This document shows positions 18,794 to 28,922 of a DNA stretch of 64,000 nucleotides, one piece after another (the first letter of the stretch is position 1; each line of letters starts with the position of its first letter). The notes below the pieces were generated by a model, which was not told the origin of the DNA, searched no databases, and was given only the letters and a program-made list of their open reading frames with translations. A program made the position numbers and the translations under genes. Source of the DNA: Candidatus Omnitrophota bacterium (GTDB lineage: Bacteria > Omnitrophota > Gorgyraeia > Tantalellales > Tantalellaceae); contig JAQUQS010000001.1 of assembly GCA_028715965.1 (NCBI GenBank), positions 164,188 to 228,187 on the forward strand, read 5' to 3'.

Positions 18794-19705
18794 CTAGCAC
18801 AGGATACCCTGACGTGTCCCCCTGTTCCTGAACTCACTGTTTATACGCTCTATCACACCGGATTTATCGTCAACCCACGTCGGAGCGATCAGGTATCCCT
18901 TCTTTACGTCCGGGGCGAGCCTCAAAACAACGATATCGGGTCTTGTTCTTTCAAGAAAATCGCACACTGACAAAGCGTATTCATCTTTCTCCATGATGTG
19001 TACGCGTCCTTCAATATAATCTTTCTCCATAGGTGACCCTTTAAGCACATGTAACACATGCAATTTTATACCGTTCACCGGCAATGTGGATAACTGCCCG
19101 GCTGTGGCCATAATATCTTCCCTGGACTCCCCCGGCAGCCCCAGGATGACATGTACACCTGTGTTTATGCCGCGTTCGGCCGTTCTTATTATGGCAGTGG
19201 CGGCCTGCGCGAAATCGTGACCCCGATTGATCCGGCCGAGGGTCCTGTCATGGGACGTCTGCACGCCGTATTCCAGCCACACATCATAATCTTTCAAGTA
19301 TCCGGCGATAAGGTCCAGTTTCTCCTCATCCACACAATCCGGCCGTGTAGAAATGGACAGCCCCACTATGTCCTTGTAAGGCCTTATCACGTCATATATC
19401 CCTTTCAATTCACGCACAGGAGCGTTAGTATTACTGGCGTTCTGGAAATAGGCGATGAATTTGATCGAGCCATACTTCGCTTTCATCCTGGAAATGGACA
19501 GTTCTATCTGACCTGAAAGGCTCAGTTCCGTGGTAGCGAACTCACTGTAGCCGGATTCATTACAGAAACTGCATCCTTTGCCGTCAGCCGATCTGTGTGG
19601 ACATTCCAATCCGGCGTTAAGCCCGATCTTCCGCACTTTTGTTCCGAATCTTTTTTTCAGGTAACTGTTGAAGGAGTAATAATACATGGCGGTGGCCGCG
19701 CGCAC
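18794..19705 (-). CDS. Radical SAM protein of the TIGR01212 (YhcC-like) family.
   Basis: The protein is 303 aa. Its motif is LECPHRSADGKGCSFCNESG (CxxxxxxxCxxC variant typical of TIGR01212). Confidence 0.7.
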   Translation of the reverse strand: MRAATAMYYYSFNSYLKKRFGTKVRKIGLNAGLECPHRSADGKGCSFCNESGYSEFATTELSLSGQIELSISRMKAKYGSIKFIAYFQNASNTNAPVRELKGIYDVIRPYKDIVGLSISTRPDCVDEEKLDLIAGYLKDYDVWLEYGVQTSHDRTLGRINRGHDFAQAATAIIRTAERGINTGVHVILGLPGESREDIMATAGQLSTLPVNGIKLHVLHVLKGSPMEKDYIEGRVHIMEKDEYALSVCDFLERTRPDIVVLRLAPDVKKGYLIAPTWVDDKSGVIERINSEFRNRGTRQGILC

Positions 19706-19712
19706 TCGCGAC

Positions 19713-21599
19713 CTATCCTCCGTTCCTGTTCTTTTTCGAGCTCATCCCCCGCGTCTTCAGCATGATCATGAGGATAGAAACAGCCGCGGGTGTTACTCCG
19801 GATATACGCGATGCCTGCCCCAGAGAACGTGGTCTTATAGTTGACAGTTTCTCCCTTATCTCGTTCGAAAGTCCCTGAACGGAACCGTAATCCAGGTCAG
19901 GGGGCAGCAAAACGGTCTCCAGCTCGGAGAACCTCCGTATACGGGTATTCTCCCGGTCAATGTATCCCCGGTACTTAATATCCACCTCAAGAGCTACTTT
20001 TTCATAATATGAGAGCGCCGGCTCTCCGTCAGAAACACGGCATACGTCATCATAACCAACTCCCGGCCTTTTCAACAGGTCATATAGCGATATCCTGCAT
20101 TCCGGTGACGCCTGTCCTTTTTCCGAAAGGAACATCTTGAGCTTATCATCGGGTAACACGTATGCGGTTCTTAGTCTTTCTTTTTCCTTTTCCACTTTTT
20201 CCCGGCGGGCTTCTACCCGATCCATATATGCTGCCGGGACCAGCCCCAATCGCGCGCCGACAGGTGAAAGACGTTCATCAGCGTTATCCTCCCGTACCGT
20301 TATGCGGTATTCCACACGCGAAGTGAACATTCTGTAAGGTTCTTTTGTCCCCTTGGTAACGAGATCATCTATCAATACCCCAATATACGCCTGGGAGCGT
20401 TCAAGCACCAGTGGCCCGCGGCCCAAGACCTTTAGCGCGGCGTTTATCCCGGCCATAAGGCCCAAAGCGGCCGCTTCCTCATATCCGGTGGTGCCATTTA
20501 TCTGGCCGGCCATAAAAAGTCCGGGAACAAGCTTTGTCTCAAGCGAGGACAGAAGCTGTGTCGGGTCCACATAATCATATTCGATACCATACGCCGGCCT
20601 TATCATCCTGGCGTTCTCGAGTCCTTTTATACTGTGTAGCATGAGTTCCTGCGCGTCTACCGGAAGGCTCGTGGATATTCCATTTGGGTAGTACTCATCG
20701 ACCCCGAGACCTTCAGGCTCGATGAAAACAATATGTGAATCCCTGTCCGGGAACCTTACCACCTTGTCCTCTATGGACGGACAATACCTCACCCCGGTGG
20801 ACTTGATCTTGCCAGAATATAAGGGGGACCTGTCCAGGCTTTCCCGTATTATCCTATGCGTATCACCATTCGTTCGCGTCATGTAACAAGGTCTCTGCGG
20901 AAGAACTACCGTATCGGTCGAGAACGAGAACGGGACCACGTCCTTATCCGGGTCCTGCCGCTGCATCCGCGAAAGATCCAGACTTTTTCCGTCAAGGCGA
21001 GCAGGCGTACCGGTCTTGAAGGAATGGACCATGAAACCGTATCGCCGTAGTTCGTCAGAAAGCCCCATCGACGGCGCTTCTCCTATCCTTCCTCCCGGAA
21101 AATGTTCCAACCCTATGTGTATCAACGCGTTCATGAACGTTCCCGGTGTCAGAACAACGCTCTTCGCCCTCACTTCCCCGCCTGAACGTGTGACCACACC
21201 CCCGCACACGCCATCGTCAACGATCACACCGACGACTTCATCTTCAATGACATCAAGCCTTTTCTGGGAAAGTACATGTTCTCGCATGTAGCGGTTATAA
21301 AGTTCCCTGTCTATCTGCATACGGGAAGACCTTGCGGCGTACCCTTTGGAAGAATTAAGCATCCTGAATTGTATACAACTAGCGTCCGCGGCTTTGCCCA
21401 TCTCTCCACCAAGGGCGTCTACCTCTTTGACCAATTGCCCTTTGCCAACGCCCCCTATCGACGGGTTGCAGGAAGTATACCCTATCTTTTCACGGCTGAA
21501 CGTCAAAAGAAGGGTATCCGCCCCCAAACGCGCCGAGACAAGCGCCGCCTCACATCCGGCATGCCCGCCACCGACCACTATAACATCATATAACCCCAT
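19713..21599 (-). CDS. mnmG: tRNA uridine-5-carboxymethylaminomethyl modification enzyme MnmG (GidA).
   Basis: An FAD-binding motif [16 protein letters not shown] is present, and the protein is colinear with GidA over about 620 aa. Its likely start is M7 (21599); the ORF track extends to 21617. Confidence 0.9.
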   Translation of the reverse strand: MGLYDVIVVGGGHAGCEAALVSARLGADTLLLTFSREKIGYTSCNPSIGGVGKGQLVKEVDALGGEMGKAADASCIQFRMLNSSKGYAARSSRMQIDRELYNRYMREHVLSQKRLDVIEDEVVGVIVDDGVCGGVVTRSGGEVRAKSVVLTPGTFMNALIHIGLEHFPGGRIGEAPSMGLSDELRRYGFMVHSFKTGTPARLDGKSLDLSRMQRQDPDKDVVPFSFSTDTVVLPQRPCYMTRTNGDTHRIIRESLDRSPLYSGKIKSTGVRYCPSIEDKVVRFPDRDSHIVFIEPEGLGVDEYYPNGISTSLPVDAQELMLHSIKGLENARMIRPAYGIEYDYVDPTQLLSSLETKLVPGLFMAGQINGTTGYEEAAALGLMAGINAALKVLGRGPLVLERSQAYIGVLIDDLVTKGTKEPYRMFTSRVEYRITVREDNADERLSPVGARLGLVPAAYMDRVEARREKVEKEKERLRTAYVLPDDKLKMFLSEKGQASPECRISLYDLLKRPGVGYDDVCRVSDGEPALSYYEKVALEVDIKYRGYIDRENTRIRRFSELETVLLPPDLDYGSVQGLSNEIREKLSTIRPRSLGQASRISGVTPAAVSILMIMLKTRGMSSKKNRNGG

Positions 21600-21677
21600 A
21601 CATACCTCGAAGAACAAAACGGGTTCCGGGACCAGGCACCGTACACCTACCGCGGATCTCCTTGTTCACTTTATTTT

Positions 21678-21878
21678 TCAGCCCTTATACATCCTGATAA
21701 AATTCTCGATACTGCGATCATACGTTTTTTCCGCCGCAGCGTCAAAGTAACAGGCGGGAAGCTCTCCGTTCTTCCTGTGGTAATGGACACATTCACAACA
21801 CATACCCTTCCTGGAGCACGGATCATAAGAACAGTTACATATATCAAGATTCCTGTCTTTATTGCATTGCATGATCAA
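21678..21878 (-). CDS. Cysteine-rich small protein (66 aa, 8 Cys), probably metal-binding; function unknown. It is co-operonic with metH.
   Basis: The sequence is [45 protein letters not shown]... It starts 29 nt downstream of the metH stop on the same strand. Confidence 0.5.
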   Translation of the reverse strand: MIMQCNKDRNLDICNCSYDPCSRKGMCCECVHYHRKNGELPACYFDAAAEKTYDRSIENFIRMYKG

Positions 21879-21907
21879 GCCTCCTTAACTTAACGTTCCC
21901 GGCAAGT

Positions 21908-24900
21908 TCAATACTCGGCTTTCGGATTATGCACGATAATGGCTGTGGTAGATTGTTCCGGCACCATCAGACAAGCTTCGGTAAGGTGTATATCCAGGTT
22001 CCTCTCTATCTCCAGGAGTTTGAATATCTTCTTCTGGTCTTCCAGCTCCGGCCACAAAGCATATCCCGGGCTGTACCGCCTCCCTTGATCTTCGGACAAT
22101 CCCAGTTCCTTCCTAATCCGGCTATGCACATATTCCGCCAGAGCCTCCGCCAGATGTACGCTCATCCCATGGAGAAGAAAAGACCTGGTACCATCACCGG
22201 AATCCTGCATGGCCTTTATGGCCTCGCTGATCTTACTCCCGAGAGTGACGGCCTGGAAAGCGACTATATCCCGCGGGTGGAAATATCCCGCTATTGACCT
22301 GCCTCCAGCTACACTAAAATCGATTTTTTCCGCCGGTCGTCCCAGGCCGTCCATGACATCCATAACAGTACCGTTAACGACACATTCAAAGTAGCCGTAG
22401 ACGGCCTTCATATCAAGCCACCCCTTGCGCACGCTCTCTTCTTTAAGCTCTTTGAGCATGGAACGGTATTCCTTGTCCAAAAGTTCATTTCTCCTGCCCT
22501 TGTCCGCCAGATAACTCCCCCAAGCCGCGTTAAATACCATTTTCTCATCGAGATACGTGAACACTTCGTCCAGGGGTATGTTCGCCAATACCCGTGTGCC
22601 ATAGAACGGTGGTTCCGGGATATCGTTCCCGGTCAGGACTTCGGGGGCCTTCTTTCCCTCAACCTCGGCGCGAGGCACACCTGTTGATGGTACCGTAGTC
22701 GACCTTCCCGGGCTAGTGCGCCCCTTTACGTCCGCGGAAAGCTCCATGCCCCCGTCCATCAAAGCCCGTACGATACGAAGTCCCGTAAAGGCGTCCCTCG
22801 AGTAAAAAACCCCACCCGGGTACCTGGTGCCGTCGCTCAGGACCTCTATCTCCCTGGCGAACTTTTCGTTTGTCGGAGCGCCCCCGATCATGACCGGATA
22901 ATGCAAACCAGCGTCATGCATAGCCTGGACACATGTACGCATATAACGCGCTGTGGACACAAGAAGCGCGCTAAGACCTACGGCGTCCACTTTGTTCTTT
23001 ACTGCCTCCCTTATTATGACATCGACAGGGACTTGTTTTCCCAGGTCGATCACGGTAAAACCATTATTCTCAAGTATCATCTTCACCAGGTTCTTACCGA
23101 TATCGTGCACGTCCCCGAAAACCGTGGCCAGAAGTATCTTCCCCTTTTCCCCGGACGTGCCTTTCGGCATATACACCTTAAGGTGTTCTATGGCCTTCCT
23201 CATGACCTCCGCGGATTGGAGAACGAACGGAAGCACGGTGTCCCCGCGGTCCAAGGCCTCACCAACCTTTCTCATAGCTTCCATAAGCGTACCGTTCAAG
23301 ATCTCCTCGGCACTTTTTTCCTTTAACGCTTCTTCGAGAGCGGGTATGATATTTACCTTGTCCCTGTCAAAGACGCATTTTTCTACGGATACCCGACAGG
23401 CAAGATCGGAAGAGGATACTGATCTTTCGGATCCCTTCCTATCCTGGTAACGCTCTAGTAACCTCTGCAAGGCGTCTTCCTTCTTCATGAAGATGAGGTC
23501 CTCGCAAATAGCGGCATCGTCCTTATCGATATCTTCGTACTTTACGTATTCCATGGGGTTGACAATAGCGTAATCCAGCCCCGCCTGGACCGCATGGTGA
23601 AGGAATACCATATTAAGCTTTTTCCGCGCCTCTTTAGGGAGCCCAAATGATATGTTGCTGACACCTAATATGGTAGCGGCTCCGGGACACTTCTTTTTAA
23701 AGACCCTTATCGCCTCGATAGTATCCATAGCGGAACTCGCGTATTCTTTTTCTCCCGTCCCCAGCGTGAACGTCAAGAGATCATAAAGCAGCCTACGGGG
23801 ATGTATCCCGTGTCCGTTGACCGCCATATCATACAACCTCGAAGCCACGGATACTTTCTTCTCCACGGTCTTTGCCATACCATCTTTGTCGATGGACAGG
23901 TTAACGACAAAGGCACCGTGCTTCTGGGCCAGGCTAAAAACACGATCCGCTCTCCCCCCTCCATCCTCAAGGTTCACGGAATTTATAAAAGCCGTGCCGG
24001 GATACGATTCGAGCGCACCCTTAAGGACATCCTCATCCGTCGAATCTATCATAAGCGGTGTATCCACGCTTTCGGCAAGACGCTTTACTATGCGAGAAGC
24101 GTCTTCTTTTTCCGTATCCCGCTCGGTAAGCACGGCGCATACATCCAATATATCGGCGCCGGACCTTTCCTGCGACTTGCCAAGTTCGACCAGCCCGTCC
24201 ATATCCTTCTCAATGAACATCCTTTTGGCGGCTTTCGAGCCCTGGGTATTTATCCTTTCCCCGACTTTTATAGGCCGATCCATCATGTCAACATCATAGC
24301 CACGGTAGGACCCCGCGCAGAACACGCGTGTCCGCGTATCCTTCGGTTTACGTCTTTTCAACTCTTTGCGAATGGCCTTTATGTGAAGCGGGGTCGTTCC
24401 ACAACACCCGCCTATCAGGTCTATCCTGTACTTTTCGAGGAATCCCGCCAATATCGCGGCCATCTCGTCCGGGCCAAGAGGATAAACAGTACACCCGTCA
24501 CGTTCCACGGGCAGGCCCGCGTTCGGTATACATGATATACTTACCGGACAGTTGTCGCTGAGGAACTTGATATGCGATTCCATTTCCACCGGCCCCGTAC
24601 TACAGTTTATACCTACTGACGCTGCTCCGAGAGCGCTCATTACGGCCATGACCGCGGACACCTCGGTACCCAGCAGCATCCGCCCGTTGTTCGACAACGT
24701 ACATTGCGCCAATATCGGAAGGTCTTTCCTCCTATCGCTCAATGCCGTGCGTATCCCAGCATAAGCGGCCTTCATCTCCAGGAGGTCCTGGGATGTCTCG
24801 ATAAGAACGGCATCCGCGCCACCGTCAATTATTCCCCGGGCCTGTTCGGCAAAAACTTCCGCCAGCCGCGCGTAACTGATGTTCCCTATTGTCGGATCAC

Positions 24901-25285
24901 TCGACGATGGGAGTTTGCCCGTCGGTCCGATAGACCCTACGACAAACCTGCCATGGGAAGGCGACGAATGTTCATCTGCGGCTTTACGCGCCAGAAGCGT
25001 GGCGCTCCTATTTATATCATAAACTTCTTTTTCCAGGCCATAATCGGCGAGCTTAAGGTAGTTGGCCCCGAAAGTGTTGGTTTCCACAGCGTCGGCCCCT
25101 GACGCGAAATAATCATTATGTATACGGGATACCAACCCGGGGCTGGATATTGAAAGATAGTCCATACACCCGGTCCTTCCTCCGAACATGGCCTCATCCA
25201 GCCCGATCGAAGCCGCGTATGTGCCGAACGCCCCATCCAGGAGAATGATCTCTCTCCTCATCTTATCCGCGAACGTAATGCTCAT
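21908..25285 (-). CDS. metH: Cobalamin-dependent methionine synthase MetH, full length: Hcy-binding, pterin-binding, B12-binding and AdoMet reactivation domains.
   Basis: Colinear domains are present: N-terminal Hcy S-methyltransferase (ILLDGAFGT), pterin-binding, a B12-binding DxHxxG motif (DVHDIGKNLV), and a C-terminal activation domain. Its likely start is M14 (MSITFADK, 25285), which forms an ATGA overlap with the batE stop; the ORF track extends to 25324. Confidence 0.9.
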   Translation of the reverse strand: MSITFADKMRREIILLDGAFGTYAASIGLDEAMFGGRTGCMDYLSISSPGLVSRIHNDYFASGADAVETNTFGANYLKLADYGLEKEVYDINRSATLLARKAADEHSSPSHGRFVVGSIGPTGKLPSSSDPTIGNISYARLAEVFAEQARGIIDGGADAVLIETSQDLLEMKAAYAGIRTALSDRRKDLPILAQCTLSNNGRMLLGTEVSAVMAVMSALGAASVGINCSTGPVEMESHIKFLSDNCPVSISCIPNAGLPVERDGCTVYPLGPDEMAAILAGFLEKYRIDLIGGCCGTTPLHIKAIRKELKRRKPKDTRTRVFCAGSYRGYDVDMMDRPIKVGERINTQGSKAAKRMFIEKDMDGLVELGKSQERSGADILDVCAVLTERDTEKEDASRIVKRLAESVDTPLMIDSTDEDVLKGALESYPGTAFINSVNLEDGGGRADRVFSLAQKHGAFVVNLSIDKDGMAKTVEKKVSVASRLYDMAVNGHGIHPRRLLYDLLTFTLGTGEKEYASSAMDTIEAIRVFKKKCPGAATILGVSNISFGLPKEARKKLNMVFLHHAVQAGLDYAIVNPMEYVKYEDIDKDDAAICEDLIFMKKEDALQRLLERYQDRKGSERSVSSSDLACRVSVEKCVFDRDKVNIIPALEEALKEKSAEEILNGTLMEAMRKVGEALDRGDTVLPFVLQSAEVMRKAIEHLKVYMPKGTSGEKGKILLATVFGDVHDIGKNLVKMILENNGFTVIDLGKQVPVDVIIREAVKNKVDAVGLSALLVSTARYMRTCVQAMHDAGLHYPVMIGGAPTNEKFAREIEVLSDGTRYPGGVFYSRDAFTGLRIVRALMDGGMELSADVKGRTSPGRSTTVPSTGVPRAEVEGKKAPEVLTGNDIPEPPFYGTRVLANIPLDEVFTYLDEKMVFNAAWGSYLADKGRRNELLDKEYRSMLKELKEESVRKGWLDMKAVYGYFECVVNGTVMDVMDGLGRPAEKIDFSVAGGRSIAGYFHPRDIVAFQAVTLGSKISEAIKAMQDSGDGTRSFLLHGMSVHLAEALAEYVHSRIRKELGLSEDQGRRYSPGYALWPELEDQKKIFKLLEIERNLDIHLTEACLMVPEQSTTAIIVHNPKAEY

Positions 25286-26040
25286 TTTTTTAATACTCTT
25301 TCTACCGCGGAGTCTTTTATCCACGCGGATTTCCCGTCAGAACGCCTTGCCCTGACCCATCCGTCCTTACTGTTGATTATATTCACCTTCATACCTTCGT
25401 TCAGGGTGAAGAATTTGGTGGCCGAATCAAATGGCCCGTATAGCGCCTCTACCGCCGGGACCATGACAATAGCGGACGTTCTCTCGTTCACCGCTTTATG
25501 CCAGGCCAGGAAGACATTAAAAACAAGTATTATGGAGAAACATATCAAAATTGTCCTGTGATATCGTGTAACCATCCTCCCCGTTACACCTATAGCCAAA
25601 AGAACAAGGATCACTATCATGGAAACGGACGCCACAATGGTCATCTGGTCCACGCTTAATGTTCTCTCATACACCCGTAAAGGCGTCCAGTTCCACACTC
25701 CTTTTTCCGGCACTACCTTAGCTTTTATATCGGACCTGGCGAACCTGTAATTTGCTCGTATATCAGCATCTCTTGGATCCAACGCTAACGCCCTCTCATA
25801 GTTAAGGATGGCCTTGCCCAGATTTCCCGATTTGAAATATGCCCCCGCCAGGTTGTAATATATGTTAGGGCTTTTCTTCCCGGAGGACAGTATCTTCTCG
25901 TATCCGGCTATCGCCCCGGACCAATCAGCCTGTTCATACTTATCGTTAGCGGACGAGAAAAGTTCGGCCGTTGTCTCCGCCAGGCCTCTACCGGCGGTCA
26001 ACATCAAAATAGCCAGAGATAGTACGATCATCTTCTTCAT
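25282..26040 (-). CDS. batE: BatE-like protein (TPR repeats, TM segment, C-terminal SH3b-like domain) of the aerotolerance-type Bat operon.
   Basis: It has a signal peptide, TPR motifs (YYNLAGAYFKSGNLGKAILNYERALALDP), an internal TM segment, and a C-terminal GMKVNIINSKDGWVRARRSDGKSAWIKDSAV (SH3b-like). It is the last gene of the Bat cluster. Confidence 0.65.
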   Translation of the reverse strand: MKKMIVLSLAILMLTAGRGLAETTAELFSSANDKYEQADWSGAIAGYEKILSSGKKSPNIYYNLAGAYFKSGNLGKAILNYERALALDPRDADIRANYRFARSDIKAKVVPEKGVWNWTPLRVYERTLSVDQMTIVASVSMIVILVLLAIGVTGRMVTRYHRTILICFSIILVFNVFLAWHKAVNERTSAIVMVPAVEALYGPFDSATKFFTLNEGMKVNIINSKDGWVRARRSDGKSAWIKDSAVERVLKK

Positions 26041-27887
26041 ATCTTTATCTTCTCCAGATATACCAGTAATTTTTTGGTTTTTTCAAGTGTTTCCCGGCCA
26101 TCCTTTTTATCCGGATCGAACGCCGCGTATCTGGCCATTTCGCACTTGGCTAGCACCTCTCCGAGCATGGATATTATTTCGCCACCCTTTTGAGTTCCTT
26201 CCACCCTGGCCCTCACGGCATCGACCGTTACATTACCCTTAGGCAGGTCAAGCTTACCCGACACGTATTCTCCAAGCGCCTTGGTAAGAGTATCATAGAA
26301 CAACTCCATATCGCCTTTCTTCAGATAGGATTCGGCTTTCGAGATACCTTTCTTGGCTTTTCCCGGGGCCTTGGTAAAACGGGCATATTTCTTGTCGGTA
26401 CGCATTTTCTCGCTTTTGCGGTATGCCCCAAAAAATATACCGAACAGGACAAGCACAAGTAAGTGCCCGGGCAAAAATAATGGGTTCCTGTATAGATATC
26501 CGCCTATCGGGCTTACTTCCCCGGTATCATCCTTGATATGTATGATATCCTGCCCTATTTTTTCCTGCGGGTAGAATACCTGTTCTTTACCCGAAAGCGT
26601 TACCATCTTTACACTGTTCTCGGTCCCGGACGGTTTCATTACCGAGATCGGGAAAGGTCCCTTCTTTATGGTCTTGTATCTGCCTGAAGCGGGATTAAAA
26701 AAGCTGAAAGAGACCTCGGGTATTTCAGTTACTTTGTCGCTCTTAGGTATTATTACTTGTTCGTATACTTTCTTGTTCGTTTCCCTGGAAACATCCGGTT
26801 CATATGTCTTAAGGTCGTCCGTAATGTTAACACTGGGAGAAGTGACCGTATCCATGTTCCCGGAACCGGAGATAATGGTCTTTAATACCACGGGATCCCC
26901 GACATTGACTTTGATGGGATCTATGGACGCATCCATATCGAAATACCCTACAGCGCCCTTAAAGTCCAACGGCTTACCTTCAGACGGGAAAGGTAATACC
27001 GACACATTAAGCCCTTTCGACTCGAGTTCCACTGGATAAACATCATATCCGCCAAAAGCACTATCGAAGAAATCGTCATTAAAAACGCTCATGCCGAACA
27101 GGGAGGATCTTCTGCGCGAGACCTGTTTCCTCACCAGCATTTTGCAATTAAGCCTGGCCGGACCGATCTCATATTCCCCTTCTTTTATGGCGAAGATGTT
27201 CTGCCTGAAAACAAGTACTTCATATCTACGTCCGCCCACTGTCTCCTGGGTCCTTTGCGGCTCATTGAAATCCTCCCCGGAAAAACCTTCATGAGCATAA
27301 GCCGGGAATTCTATATCCCTCAGGCCCACTCCATCCACGTAAAGTTTTATGGTGAGTATCGCCGATTCGTTGACATAAAGGCTGTTCTTGTCTATGCTCA
27401 TGGAAAGGAATATATTATCACCGGTATAAGCGGGTACGGAGGTAGCGTCCGGGACACTGGACATCGGGGGTTGTCCGGCCTGCTGGGTCACGGCGGGTTT
27501 ACCCGTTATGGAGAGGTCGAGCGCCGGAGCTTCATATACCTTACCTCCCTGTTCGGCCCGGAACGGGCCTATTTTATAAGTGCCTTCCCTGCGTGGAAAG
27601 ACCAGATACGTATGTGTGATCGATCGTGACATCTTCCCGTTCACAATGGTCATGCTGGTGGTCGGTCCTATGTACTTTATGTTAAGACCATCCACCTGCG
27701 GGATATCAGGCGCGTCCACATCCTGCGCTCCCCTGAACTCCAGGTAAAGGTATAGGGGGTTACCGACCGAAGCCGTGCTTCTCTCTATCCTGGCGTTGAA
27801 GGCCATTCCCTCTTGTGCCCATCCCGGCAGGACATGGCCCAACAGAAAAACGAATATCAGCGATAATAACCGTGCTTTTTTCATCAC
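26037..27887 (-). CDS. batD: BatD-like protein (616 aa, secreted or outer-membrane associated).
   Basis: It has a signal peptide (MMKKARLLSLIFVFLLGHVLPGWAQ), the size and position typical of BatD between BatC and BatE, and a C-terminal TM segment. It overlaps batE by 4 nt. Confidence 0.65.
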   Translation of the reverse strand: MMKKARLLSLIFVFLLGHVLPGWAQEGMAFNARIERSTASVGNPLYLYLEFRGAQDVDAPDIPQVDGLNIKYIGPTTSMTIVNGKMSRSITHTYLVFPRREGTYKIGPFRAEQGGKVYEAPALDLSITGKPAVTQQAGQPPMSSVPDATSVPAYTGDNIFLSMSIDKNSLYVNESAILTIKLYVDGVGLRDIEFPAYAHEGFSGEDFNEPQRTQETVGGRRYEVLVFRQNIFAIKEGEYEIGPARLNCKMLVRKQVSRRRSSLFGMSVFNDDFFDSAFGGYDVYPVELESKGLNVSVLPFPSEGKPLDFKGAVGYFDMDASIDPIKVNVGDPVVLKTIISGSGNMDTVTSPSVNITDDLKTYEPDVSRETNKKVYEQVIIPKSDKVTEIPEVSFSFFNPASGRYKTIKKGPFPISVMKPSGTENSVKMVTLSGKEQVFYPQEKIGQDIIHIKDDTGEVSPIGGYLYRNPLFLPGHLLVLVLFGIFFGAYRKSEKMRTDKKYARFTKAPGKAKKGISKAESYLKKGDMELFYDTLTKALGEYVSGKLDLPKGNVTVDAVRARVEGTQKGGEIISMLGEVLAKCEMARYAAFDPDKKDGRETLEKTKKLLVYLEKIKI

Positions 27888-27940
27888 ACCTCTTGATCCA
27901 CCGTAAGTATTCTCCTATCCAAGACCCTCTTATATCATCG

Positions 27941-28906
27941 CTACCAATCCCTGACGACCGGAGGGCTCCCGGACCTGCGTGCTTTCTTTTCCTCCGCCCG
28001 CATCCTGGACTCTTCTTCTTCCTGTGACCTGAGCAGCATCTCGGCCTCGTCCCTGGTCATCCTGCCTTCGGACCCAAATCCTTCCGAGGACTGCTCTTGC
28101 TGGTCTTGCCCGTTATCATTACCCGACCCAGCTCCGGGCTGGGGGCCTTCTTCTTCATCCCGGTTTTCCTCATTTTTATTCTGCTGTTGCCCACCGGACT
28201 GTCGCTGGTCTTCCTGGTCCTTCTGCTGTTGCTGGTCCTGCTGATCCTGCTGCTCTTCCTGGTCCTTCTGCTGTTGCTGGTCCTGCTGATCCTTCTGCTT
28301 TTCCTGGTTCTTCTGCTGTTGCTGGTCCTGCTGATCGTTCTGCTTTTCCTGGTTCTTCTTCTGTTGCTGGTCCTGCTGATCCTGCTGCTTTTCCTGGTCC
28401 TTCTGCTGTTGCTGATCCTGTTGCTGGCTCTCTAACGTTTCTATTTTTTTACGTGTATACTCAAAATTGAATTTAGCGTCCATATCCTCCGGAGCCAGTT
28501 CAACAGCTCTTTTAAAATATTCCAGGGATTCCTTATACCCGGCTATAGCCTTTGCCGGCGAGCTTTTTTCGGCCTTCTCCGCCTGGCGATATCGTGAATT
28601 TCCTATGTTGTATATAGCCTTGTCCTCTATCTTTTCATCTCCGGCTGACATGGATCCAAGGAACGCTTTTTCCGCCTCCCCGTATTTACCCTCTTTATAC
28701 AAGACCGCGCCACGGTTGTACTCTATACCAGGCTGGTCCTTCCCGCTTGAAATAGCTTTATCGTATTCCTTGAGCGCTTCTTCATATTTCTCATCTTTAT
28801 ATAACCGGTCAGCCCTGCCCAGATCACCGCCGGCAAAACACAACCCCGCGTGCATACACACCATAAGCGCGCACAGGTATATGGTGGACGTAATAGACCT
28901 TCTCAT
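27941..28906 (-). CDS. batC: BatC-like TPR protein with a long acidic, Gln-rich repetitive C-terminal region.
   Basis: It has a signal peptide, TPR repeats (YNRGAVLYKEGKYGEAEKAF...), then roughly 90 aa of QQQKDQEKQ(Q/N)DQQDQ repeats. Confidence 0.65.
   Translation of the reverse strand: MRRSITSTIYLCALMVCMHAGLCFAGGDLGRADRLYKDEKYEEALKEYDKAISSGKDQPGIEYNRGAVLYKEGKYGEAEKAFLGSMSAGDEKIEDKAIYNIGNSRYRQAEKAEKSSPAKAIAGYKESLEYFKRAVELAPEDMDAKFNFEYTRKKIETLESQQQDQQQQKDQEKQQDQQDQQQKKNQEKQNDQQDQQQQKNQEKQKDQQDQQQQKDQEEQQDQQDQQQQKDQEDQRQSGGQQQNKNEENRDEEEGPQPGAGSGNDNGQDQQEQSSEGFGSEGRMTRDEAEMLLRSQEEEESRMRAEEKKARRSGSPPVVRDW
28207..28430. repeat. In-frame 45-bp tandem repeat (about 5 copies) inside batC, encoding 15-aa Q/D/K/E units.
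   Basis: Seen directly: ttcctggtccttctgctgttgctggtcctgctgatcctgctgctc recurs with a few substitutions (28207-28430). Confidence 0.8.
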
Positions 28907-28922
28907 TTTACCCTCTATATCT

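Noticed and set aside
23801-24535. 244-aa and 160-aa plus-strand ORFs within metH.
   Set aside because: They are antisense to metH, whose four domains are colinear and intact. These are shadow ORFs.
28097-28435. Leu-rich 112-aa plus-strand ORF (LLLLVLLIL repeats).
   Set aside because: It is an antisense read-through of the batC 45-bp CAG/CTG-rich tandem repeat. It is an artefact of repeat composition.
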